This document shows positions 26,450 through 37,514 of a stretch of DNA of 64,000 nucleotides, piece by piece (position 1 is the stretch's first letter; the number at the start of each line of letters is the position of its first letter). The translations under genes were made by a program, and so were the position numbers. The DNA comes from Antechinus flavipes (Eukaryota): positions 583,854,001 through 583,918,000 of the forward strand of contig NC_067399.1 in the NCBI RefSeq assembly GCF_016432865.1, in the 5' to 3' direction. The notes beneath the pieces were generated by a model that ran no database searches, was not told the origin of the DNA, and saw nothing but the letters and a program-made list of their open reading frames with translations.

Positions 26450-26632
26450 TTTCTATATACATGTGTTTATAGACATACATATGCATACATACATATAATG
26501 TATATATACATATATTTATACATCATTATAGTACATATGCAATATATCAATGATATCAATTATACTGTACATGCATATATATACATGCATGCACGCATAT
26601 ACACTACATGTACATACTTTATACTTTATATG

Positions 26633-26678
<46 letters not shown>

Positions 26679-26830
26679 TCACAATATATAGACAATACTG
26701 CAGGAGCATATACATGCATATATGCATGCACAATATACTGTATATATAAATATTTTATACTTTGTATGCAATATATATACACAATATACAGACAAAACTG
26801 TAGGTGCAGGTACATGCATGCATGCACAAT
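26450..26830. repeat. Low-complexity TA/CA tract with (AT)20 and an internal tandem duplication
   Basis: (AT)20 at 26635-26674. The unit TTATACTTT.TATGCAATATAT..CACAATATA.AGACAA.ACTG.AGG.GCA..TACATGCAT..GCATGCACAAT occurs twice (about 26618-26731 and 26755-26829). Confidence 0.85.
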
Positions 26831-28958
26831 TATAAAAGCCCTTCCATCATCACACTTCCTTTGGGTGGGTACTTACTTGTGGTCAGAAGATTCTTAGTGG
26901 CAGTAGCCCGTCAGAAGTGAAGCTGGTTTATGCTGCAGGTTATGTGTGAGAAGGAGGAAATGTTCCTTGAAAATTTTATCGTGCTCATAATTCCCTCAAA
27001 ATCAATCATGGCTGCTTTTAACAGCCAGTTATTAGAGCGATAACTGCTCTTGGTCTCACCTTGGGCCATTAGCTAACAAAAGTAGTTGTTAGCTGCCCAT
27101 AATAACCAATTTCTCGTGGATTATTGGATTTTATCAGAGGGAGCTCTCTTTGATGGTGAGAATTTTCAGGAGCTTGTCATTTTCATTTTTATCTGAATTC
27201 TTCTTTGCCCCCCCCCCTTTTTTGCATACTTCATAGCCTTCTCTAGCTTTGAGCTGAACTTGCATCCTTCTTTTTGCTGAAAGCATCCTTGTGTCATTCC
27301 TATCATGTAAGATTTTTTACTTACATGAATCTTACCATCCACCCACAAGAATGAGTTGTATGGATCAGTATGGGTCAGTCCCACTGATGACCAATGGCTT
27401 CTACCCATGATGTGAATTTAGAAAAGTCCCTGTTAGTCGTTTTGTTCTAATCAACCCAGAGCAGCCAGCTAGCTTCTTAGGGCAAGAGTGGACAAATCTA
27501 ATGAAGGGTGAGCAGAGATGATAAAACTAATGGAAATTCCCAGGGCCTCAGACTATACTTCTTAGGTTCTTTTCACATAAAAAAAGTTCTCCATTCCAAT
27601 CAACAATTATGATAATGTCACTATGAGAAAGAAGCACAAGTTGTTGCTACATCCCTATTTAAAGTTGGGAAAACAGTATGTCCAAGTATTGCAGGTAAAT
27701 CTAGGCCAGATTTAGGGCTAGAAGCTAAATCTTGTGAATTCTAATTCACTTCTTTCTTTGAAACATATTGCTTGAGATATGACTATAAATACAAACAATG
27801 AAGATTGTTTTGGATACCCCAATACATATTGCCTAATCTAAGAGATGAGAATATGGTCCTTATTTTAGAGATAAAAAATAATGTCTCTCTGCAACAGAAC
27901 AGCTGCCACATGTTAACTTACTCTGAGATATGTGCATTAGAATGGTATCATCATGGGAACTCTCCATCACCCCCTCCTCAACCCATTTCAGTCAAATCAA
28001 ACTCTGCAACTGCAAAGCCTTGGAGAGTCTATCTAATATATCCTGAACAGAAGCATTAAGCATTTTAATTTAATTCAGCATAAAAATAAAACAAGATTGG
28101 GGAACATTCACCCAACTAAATGTAAAGCTGAAACATTTGCATTTTCCCACCTGCATCTTCCTGTCCTCGTTTTATTTCCCACATGCTCTAAATTAAAATT
28201 CTCCATTGGTATGCATTAGATGTGTTTCTGGCATTCTGATTATTTGTTACCTTAAAACGTGTTGCTGCTCACACCTGTTTTATGAATGCAGTAAGGGATA
28301 GTCAGTTACTTCGCTGATATGTGGCTTAATTCAAACTTGGGAATTCTGCTTGTATTTCTATTGTTAGTTGAGAGCTCCCTTTGTCTCCTAACAAAGTCTT
28401 ATCCACCAATCGGGATCCTGCAGGAGGACAGTGGACAAGAGGCCTTTGGAGGAATGATAATGACTTGGAGGAGGATGATAATGAGAAATCCCTCCCTCCC
28501 ATATGATGAATTGACCCAAATCACAGTGTCCACTGGAGACAAAAGGGATGCCTTTTTCTCCCTTTGCTTATTGGTTTGTGTGTCTAGCAAGCTCACTTTA
28601 TCCTTTAATTGATTATTTAACCAGTATTTTTGGATAAGCTAGAATGCAGAGGGAATCACCCAAGAAGGTTTTATTTAGAGTTCAGGAGCCCTCAGAGATT
28701 ATTTCAAGCCAAGTTAATATATAAATAAATACACAAATAAAATTGTCGATTATTTCCTATTGAATCAGTTCTCTTCATCCAAATGTTCTCTTGTTGATGA
28801 AACAGCATTTGAAATGATGACTATGATTGATGTGTGCGTGTGTTTGTGTTCTTAAACTTGAGGTAGGGGAGCAAGGAAGGAATTGATGGTATTGGATAGC
28901 CCATTCTAGGAATTTTTTATCCTAAGAATTTAAATTGTTCTTCCCCTCATTCTTCTAG

Positions 28959-29092
28959 GTCCTGTGGAACATGTCCATCTCAGTGTTCCTTTTGTAGCCA
29001 TCATGAATAAAGAGGTCAATGTCACTGCAGTTGTATGGCCCAGCCAGCTGGGGACCCTCACCTATTTCTGGTGGTTTGGCAACAGCACTAAG
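28959..29092 (+). CDS. SORCS3: SORCS3 exon: (C)PVEHVHLSVPFVAIMNKEVNVTAVVWPSQLGTLTYFWWFGNSTK
   Basis: ttcttctag acceptor, AAG|gtttga donor, 134 nt, phase 1/0. Confidence 0.96.
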
Positions 29093-31845
29093 GTTTGAAC
29101 ATGTTTTTAAAATTTCTGGCATTAAATGTTGAGTTGTGGAGTTTAGAATCTTTTCATTACTAATAGAGGGATGGAAACAACAGTGATGTGACTAAGAAAA
29201 TTGAATGTTTTCTTCCATCTTCATGAGAGAAGAACACACTTTTAGTGTGATGATACTTTGGCTCTTGTGATAATTATTTTAAATTTTGGATCCTAATAAA
29301 ACCCATACATGCAAAAAAAAGAAATGTGCACTTAAAAATAAAGATAGTGGAATATACAATGAGAGATGGGATGATGTAATTAAAAGAACCCAGGATTAGG
29401 AGACTTAAGGCTGATCTGACTGTCTTCCTAGCCTCTTGTCACAGAATTGAAGAGTAAAAATAGTAGTAGATTCAAAAGATGTGAATTTAAATCTCAATTC
29501 TGCCACTAGTTTTCTGGGTGACACTTGAAAAGTCTGTTCTCTTTTCTGGATCTCAATTTCTTCATTTGTAAAATGAAATGATTGAATCCAATGATCATTA
29601 TGGTCTCTGATGATCAATGTTCCAGTGAGGTTAACAATGAGATGAACTTGGTAAGTATCCCAACCTCTTTGGATCCCACTTCCACATCTGTAAATTCAGG
29701 AAGGTTGATTACATGATATATTTACTACTTTCCAGATGTGAAGGTTAGCAATTCTTGATGTTGACAAGATATAATTTAACCATTGAAGTGATGTTTTTCT
29801 GATCTTCCCAAGTTAGCCACCAGAACTGCGCTTTCCACTTTTTCTAGAAATCTGGAATAGTGGGTAGAATAATAAGGAGTGTTCATATCTCCTGTCCTGT
29901 CTTTCCTTTCCTCTCCTTTCTTCCCTTTCCTCACCTCTCCTGCCTTCCCTTTTCTTCCCCTCCCCACTTCTCTCTTCTCCTCTTCCCTCCCTTTCTTTTT
30001 CTTTTTTCTCCTCCTCTTTACTTTTCTGAATTTTATTTTATAACCAATGAGGAACTATTGAAAGCTTTTAAGTGGGAGAGTGACACACTTGCATGGCTTG
30101 ATCATTTAGGAACATCTGTTTACACCGAGGTCTTATTTTTAAAACCTGGGTAATATGCAATAGCCAAATAATTTTATACTTTAAAATCAACACAGATTTA
30201 GTATGTTGTATGTTATTCTGGGGCAATTTGGTATAGTTAACTACAAAAATTTCATTTGCAGCTCACTGTTCCCATTAGTCAAGTAGAAATCTCATAAGTA
30301 AATTGTCACTCAGTGATTTGTCAGTTGGCTGCCTGAGCTTGCTAGATGACTTGTTACCTCTCTTGCCCAAAGGAATTCTCAATGGGAATAGATGGGGCTT
30401 ACACATGGTTGGACTGCAAACCAGGCATTATTTTAAAAAATATATCATTGCAACTCCACCCTCCTGTCTGTCTAGAAGCCAGATTCAAAAAAGTCAATTG
30501 CTTGTCCATTGGATTTGGAGTCTTCTAAAAGGCCAATTTGCTGGAATTAAAAGAGGTTCAGCTTAATAAATGTGTCTGCTTGTCTAATAGATTTGAGCAA
30601 ATGAACCTTAAAACACTTGATTTAATTTAACATGCGGCTCCAGACATCAGTGACTGGTTGAAAACTCAAGGAGCCAGTTAAGAGTTCCAGCTTCCTGATG
30701 GCAGTGAAACCAGCCGTGATGCTATAACAACTGATGAAAAACAATAGCAGTTTAGAAAAACAAGTGCCTCCATTTCCTCAGCCTGGCTCTGGCTCAAAGA
30801 CCATTGTAAGCACCCTGCCCAATCTTCCTTGAGGTGGCCTGCTGCTGAGCCCATGCTAGCTGACCCACTGAAAGAGTTCTATCTGATCTCCTACACCCCA
30901 TCTTTAGGTACCTGAATTTCTCAGGATAGTGGAAGATCTTGGGGAACTGGGCAGAACTTGCACATTCCCAGAGGAAATGAATTCTGAATTTTAACCTGAC
31001 CTCAGCACTGATAAAGCTTGTAAAGTGGCAAGAGCAGTATTTGATAATAAATCTAAGAGTAGAAAAGCTTAGTGGTAAAGTAGAAAGAATGCCCGAGAGA
31101 CAGTTAAAAGATTGGGTTTTAAATTTGGCTCTTTTCCTTGTAACCTGTGTGACCTTGAGCAAGTCAATCCCAGAATTCTATAAATAGAAGGAACTCTATA
31201 TAAATGTTATTGACTGACTGCTTAAAAATTCCATTGAGCATCTACTAGCTCCTGAGTCAACCTATTCCACTTTTGTTACCTCAAATTTTAGGAATATTTT
31301 TCAGAGGCAACACAGGGAAGTGATTATAGAGTGTGGGACTTCCACTATAGAAACCCTAAGTTCAAACTTTGCCTTTGACACTCAATAGCAATGGGATCAT
31401 GGGAGAGTATCTTGACCATAGTTCATCATCTGAAAAATGATGACATTAGACTAGATAATCTCTAAGGGATTTTCTAACTCTCTCTGACTATGATCCTTTT
31501 AATTCAATCTGAAATTTGTTCCTTTGCAACTACCACCCACTTTTACCCTTTGGCACAAAACAGAACAAGCTTATTCCATCTTGCACAAGAAAACCCTTTA
31601 AATATTTGAAGCACATAATCTTGTCTCCTCTTCCCCTGCCTCCAACCACCTTTTAAAGATTTTCTTCTCTAGTCTAAAATTAAGACTTTTCACCATCCTA
31701 GTCGCCCCTCCTCTGTGAATTCTCCAGCTATCAAGGTTGTTTCTAAATCTGTACTCTCACAACAGGAAACTGAAATCTAAGAGTGATCTCATCAAGGCAG
31801 GACTTTTACCTCCGTTCACATACACATGTGTATATACAAACACAC

Positions 31846-31911
31846 ACACACATACACACATACACACACACATAGAGAGAGAAAGAGATAAGTGTATATG
31901 TATGCGTTTTA

Positions 31912-31967
<56 letters not shown>

Positions 31968-31990
31968 GATGTAGAAGGAAGAGAGACAGA
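31846..31990. repeat. Compound (CA)n/(GA)n/(TA)n microsatellite
   Basis: About (AC)18 at 31922-31957, plus adjacent CA, GA and TA runs. Confidence 0.9.
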
Positions 31991-32888
31991 AAAAGAGAGA
32001 TTTAGATAAATACATATCAATCTAAAATGATAGTAACTTTTTTGACTGTCACATTAGACTATCACACAGTCTGCAAACTACTAATATCTCCAGGATCTTT
32101 TTTTCGCCTCAGGCAAAGTGCTTTCTAGTCATGCCTTCCTCCCCCATCTTGTGCTTATAAATTGATACCAGGTATAAGATAGTACATTTATCTTTTTAAA
32201 ATTTAATCTTCTAAGATTCTGTTTAAAACCTTCATATATAAACAACTTTTCTACTCTACTGCCAACCTGTACATTATCTGTCCCTCCCTGCTTTATATCA
32301 ACTATAAATTGGATAAACAGACCAACTGTACCTTTAACTCAAAGGTTTGAAAAAAAATATTAAGTATCATAGGACCAAGAATAAATTCTTTTCAAGTCTG
32401 TGCTGGAGACCTGCCATATTGATGTTATATCAATCCCATTTTGAGTCTGGGTGTTCAACAAGTTCTAAAATACCTGTCTAAGTTTAAATCTTAAGTCATA
32501 CTTACCAGCTCTGTAACTCTGGGCAAGTCATTTATTATCACTCTATTTGTTTCAGTTTTCCTAATTAAATGAAGATAATAGTAGCACCTATCTCAGGTCA
32601 TGGTTGTGAAAATAAACTAGATTCACAAACATTCAGGTACTATTTCAATGCTTTTATTATATTATTATTGCTCCTACATTAAACTTCCTCAATCACAGCT
32701 GCTAGTAAGTTGTACCAATTATATTTATTTCATCTCACTAATTAGGAATTAAGACTCCATGGGGGTGTGAGAGAGGCAGGTGAATAAGATGCTGATTAAA
32801 GTATTCTTGAGATGATCAGAGGAAGAATCCAGTGACTTTCAGGAATTGGACACGAGTGGTAATTTTTTTTTTCTTTGATGTCTTTCAG

Positions 32889-33012
32889 CCCCTGATCACC
32901 TTGAATAGCAGCATTTCCTTCATGTTCACCTCAGAGGGACTAAACACTATAACAGTCCAGGTGGCAGCCGGCAACGCCCTCATCCAGGACTCCAAAGATA
33001 TTGCAGTTCATG
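32889..33012 (+). CDS. SORCS3: SORCS3 exon: PLITLNSSISFMFTSEGLNTITVQVAAGNALIQDSKDIAVH
   Basis: tctttcag acceptor, G|gtaaag donor, 124 nt, phase 0/1. Confidence 0.96.
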
Positions 33013-33809
33013 GTAAAGTAAAGCACTAATATTGGGGCTCTTGTTGATCCCCAAGCCATTCAGCAGAAATTTTACCTCCCTCCCTCCTCCAGCAGGCAAT
33101 AGGAGCCTTTGTAGAATGAGTCAAAGAACAAATCCCAGCTCTTTTCTTCCTTTGAGTGAATTAAGACAAAGTGACAATGGGGACAGGGCAGTAAGAGCAA
33201 AACTGTTCCTCCCTTTTGTTTGAACCATTTATTGTCAGCAAAGACAATTTACCCATGATTCCATAGTTACAATGGAGAGACTACACACTGCAAGGCATTC
33301 TGGGTTAAGGAAAGCCCAAGTCAGGAATACTGAGATGGTAAATTCTGATAACCTGTTAGGGAGTTCAATAAATATTGAACACTTCCAGTTTGTATGAAAT
33401 ACCCTGTGAAGATGAGAAAGGCAAGAGGAATCCAGCCCCCCGTCTCCAATGACCTTAAAACCTCATTGAAATGATGAAACATTCATGAAATTAGACAGTG
33501 TGTCACAGTGGAAAGAATACTGGATTTGAATCAAAGGAACTGGATTCAAATCCTGACTCTGCCTGTTACAACGTGTATGATCTTTCTATGTTTCAGAGTT
33601 TTTATATCTTCTCTGTAAAAATGGGAAGGTTAGATAAACTGACTTCAGAAATTCCCACCCTCTATAAATCTATGATTTGATGACTTAGCAAGAAATGGAA
33701 ATCAGACTATATATATGTACATCTAGAATCCACAGAATAATGAAGGGGTTATGAAATGGGTGAAGGGCTGGACCATGTTATGGTTATAAATTTCAAATTG
33801 TTGCACTCA

Positions 33810-33975
33810 TTTTCAGTCATGTCTCATTGAAGAGCTTCATGATCCCAATTAGAGTTTTCTTGGCAGAAACCCTGGAGTGATTTGCCCCTTTTTTTCTCCA
33901 GCTCATTTTACAGAGGAGGAAACTGAGGCAGACAGTCTTAAAGAACTTGCTCAGGGCACATAGCTAGTAAATATC
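33810..33975 (-). mobile_element. Mar1-type marsupial CORE-SINE (one of many MIR/Mar1 copies)
   Basis: GAGTTTTCTTGGCAG..CTGGAGTG.TTTGCC..CTCCAGCTCATTTTACAGA.GAGGAAACTGAGGCA. Similar copies lie at 26284-26450, 44950-45125, 49470-49670 and 62270-62500 (minus) and 50022-50260 (plus). MIR cores are scattered throughout (e.g. 9060-9260, 11110-11270, 21400-21600, 55590-55820). Confidence 0.75.
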
Positions 33976-35051
33976 AAGGTCCCTGTGCAAATATTAGCAT
34001 TTAAAAAAATAAATGTGAATTTGTCCTTCCTCAATATCTCTGACACCATCATTTCTTGAAGCAACAAGCTACAAAATTTCCTAGATGTGTGATTGTGAGC
34101 CACTTAGTTAAAGTTTTTGAGCCTCAGTTTCCTTATCTGCAAAATTGGACATATTGGCCATTTCATGGAAGTGTTGTGAGGAAAGTACTTTATAAATCTT
34201 CAGTTGCTACATAAATGTAATTTACTATTGCTGTTGAGAAGTCAGGAACTATATTTAGAGGGGTATATCATGATAGCTAGGATGATCTTGGTACTAGCCC
34301 TGTCTCTGATACGTACTGTCATATGAACAGTCAATTGCCCAGTAAATCTGGCTGAGTCTAAGACTAAGGTGCAGAGAAGTTGTTGGTCTTCACTGACCGA
34401 GGGAAGTATCTGTCAGGATCTCTCTTCCAAAGGAAAAAGAAGCAGCAATTAACATTATCAAGTTAGAAATGCCTTGACCTGGATTAATACTGTTCCTAAC
34501 TACCTATCCATCTTTTGACCACATGTGTGTTAGTCCTTGACTCCAGGTGGCTGTCCAGACTGGTTGATGTGGCCACCCCAGTGATGTTTATTCATTCACT
34601 TTTTAAGTACCCATAACATTTAGCTGGGGGACAGATAAAAGTATAAGACAAAGAGGGACAGTGTGATGGGGTGGTAAAATCCCCACCTGACCCCATTATT
34701 TAAGTTTTCATATAAAGTTTGTTTTATGGCATCAGCCTTTGCAGTAAGAATATTGCTCTTCTGGGATTTCACACAGGATGCCTATTTTCAGAATTTGTAT
34801 ATTTCAGAAAATGGATCTTTTACAGTGAATACATGTTTATATTTCAGAATTTACAGGGCTGGCATATGGAGGTGAATAGACCTGTTTCTAATAACTAAAT
34901 TTCTATTACTTTCTAGTATACAAATTTCAATGTAATATTATCACTGGACTAACTTACTTTTCCCATCCTATCCCACCCTCTTTTTTCTTGTCTTCCTCTC
35001 TATGTCTCTGTCTCTTTGTCTCTTTTTCTTTCTCTGTTTCTCTATCTGAAG

Positions 35052-35164
35052 AGTATTTCCAGTCACAGTTACTGTCATTCTCACCCAATCTGGACTATCA
35101 CAATCCTGACATCCCTGAGTGGAGACAAGATATTGGCAAAGTCATCAAGCGAGCTCTGGTCAAA
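35052..35164 (+). CDS. SORCS3: SORCS3 exon: (E)YFQSQLLSFSPNLDYHNPDIPEWRQDIGKVIKRALVK
   Basis: Long pyrimidine tract then ctgaag acceptor, AAA|gtaggt donor, 113 nt, phase 1/0. Confidence 0.96.
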
Positions 35165-36285
35165 GTAGGTTGGCTCTCCTTCTTCCAAGCAGTTGAGAAT
35201 GGAGTAGGGAAGGGTAATAGAAAAGATATAAATTTAGAAGGCTTTTTCAGGAAGGACCACTAAGTTGGAGAAGCTAATTAATTTCATGTTTCTCCTTTCC
35301 TGCCATTTGAGGACTGATGATAATAGTGAAAGTTTTTTATTTGGGGGTAGGAGTTTAAGGCATTGGGGTTGAGGATGTCTTTAAATATTTAAAGAACTAT
35401 CATATCAAAGAGTAATTAGATTTGGTCTTGGCTATAATCATAAATAGAAAATAGAAATAGGGCAAAAGGAAAACAGTTTTTGCTTCATTATAAGGGAAAT
35501 AAAAGCAATTATTGTAACTGTATAGAAATAGAATAGACTGCCTCAGGGAGTAATGAGTTCTCTCAATGGATGTATGGAAGCTGTAACTGGATGACCACTT
35601 GTTGGTTGTGAGTGAGGTTAGACTAAGTGACTTTTGAGGTTTATTCTAATTTTAAAATTCTATGATTCTATCAATTCAGTCAGTTTCCTATGGCGACAAA
35701 AAAGGTCATTCTTTAGCAGAATGAATATTTTAGGGCATCCTAGCTGAGAGAGGATTCACAAATGATGAAAGTTTGATCGCTTAATCTACTTGGATATCCT
35801 CTAAAACACAGAACTCGCCATGATACCTGATGCTCTAATCTCTGTGAGGTAAATTTCATTTCCTTATCGGAATAATTAACTGTCCTCCTACAGCATACAG
35901 GCTGGCAGAGGAAAATCTATCTTTAAAGAGAAAAAAATGTCCCCTCCCAATGTTGACACCATAGACCAAAACTTCATTTTATTCACTCTGGTTATGGCTC
36001 TATGATTTTGTGCCCTGCCATTTTCTGGTAAGTGTATCTTAAATAATCCAGAAGTTAAAGAGCATTAACCACGACCATCTCAATCCAGCAAATATTTATT
36101 AAGTACCTATAATGAATAAAATACTGTAATCAATAGTGGGAGAGAAATATAAAGTTGAGAGAAAACTGAGTACATCCTGACCTCACTGTACTTATAGTTT
36201 TGCTTTTTGTTTTGTTTTACTGAAGGTATGTCCTATACACAAAGTGGTACTATTGTCACTGATATTTGTCATGATATCTCTGCAG

Positions 36286-36417
36286 GTCACTAGTGTTCCA
36301 GAAGACCAGATTCTAGTGGCGGTGTTCCCTGGCCTCCCTACCTCAGCTGAACTCTTCATCCTGCCTCACAAGAATATGACTGAGAGAAGGAAAGGCAATG
36401 AAGCCGACCTGGAGCAA
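36286..36417 (+). CDS. SORCS3: SORCS3 exon: VTSVPEDQILVAVFPGLPTSAELFILPHKNMTERRKGNEADLEQ
   Basis: ctctgcag acceptor, CAA|gtgagt donor, 132 nt, phase 0/0. Confidence 0.97.
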
Positions 36418-36963
36418 GTGAGTGAGAGAAAACACTAAGACTGGGACATGAGGGAAGCAGGACATCCTTAAAAATCATCCCTTTTTTCTGCATATATCCC
36501 ATACCTATATCCCTTTATCTTTCAGAAAATTAGCTCCATTTTTGCACCTTGTACTTATGGGAAATGAACTGTTTGTCATCCATAATGCTTTCCCTTCTCC
36601 AACACTGATTTGTCAATGCTTCCGGCTCCAATTGTCACCAAAGTACTATTTGGATCCCTCATCTTGGTTACAAGATGCTCTTGGGTTCTTAAAGGCTGTG
36701 CCAGCAGAAAGTTTTCCTGGGAGGTCTTATCAAGGTAGATATACTTCAACCACAAGGTCTTTGATGGTATTTCAGTTATCTTGGGACTGGTATATGTGAT
36801 ACCATTCACCATCATGTTTTCAAAAGAATTATTAATTTTAGATCCATAACAACTCTGAAAGTCCATCTATTATGTCATAGGAGGCATTTGTCCTGCATTG
36901 CTAAGCAAAAAAGCCATGCCAGTATTATTACAGATCCTTGGGACGGCCATTCAGATTCTACAG

Positions 36964-37514
36964 CAAAGGTTCTTAAACATTTTTACATGATAGAGACCCC
37001 ATTTGCAGTCTGGGGAAGCCAATGGATCACTTTTCAAAATTGTATTTCTAAAGGCATATGAAATACATATGATTATTTTTAAAATCAGTCACAAAAATAT
37101 TTTTAAAATGTGTATTTCTATAATCTCTGCTAAAGGAGAGGCTGGGTATATCACTTGAGTTTGGAAGTTCTGAGGTACAATGGGGCTAAACTCAATTATG
37201 TGGCTGTTTTCACTAAGACTGACATCATTATGGTGGGCCTGGAGAGCAAGCAGCTACCTGATTGTCTATAGAAGGACAAACTGAACCAAGTATACAAAGA
37301 AGGAGAAAGATTCCCCCAATAGTGGGATTGGGTCTGTGTGATTGCTATGATTCCAGTCTGGAAGAGACAGGGAGACCTTGTCTCCAGCTAAGAAACTAAA
37401 TGAATAAATAAACAAAAGGGTAAAGAAATGAATACAAAAATGGTTCAATTGAGAAACATTTTTTAAAATAAAAATATTTTTAAAAAATCTACAGATTCCA
37501 GGTTGAGAATTCTA
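36964..37514 (+). mobile_element. Charlie4z-like hAT MITE interrupted by a 7SL retrocopy
   Basis: 5' part CAAAGGTTCTTAAAC..GACCCCATTTGCAGTCTGGGGAAGCCAATGGA (36964 to about 37100); 3' end CCAGGTTGAGAATTCT (about 37498-37514). An inverted copy of the same family lies at about 39154-39391. Confidence 0.65.
37110..37416 (+). pseudogene. Degraded 7SL (SRP RNA) retrocopy with A-rich tail
   Basis: Collinear with 7SL: GAGGCTGGGTATATCACTTGAGT..GAAGTTCTG..CACTAAG..GACATCATTATGGTG..AATAGTGGGATT..TTCCAGTCTGG..AGGGAGACCTTGTCTC, followed by AAATGAATAAATAAACAAAA. Confidence 0.8.

Noticed and set aside
26580-26830. Cluster of TGCATG (RBFOX) motifs
   Set aside because: It lies in a low-complexity CA/TG repeat more than 2 kb from any exon and is explained by repeat composition.
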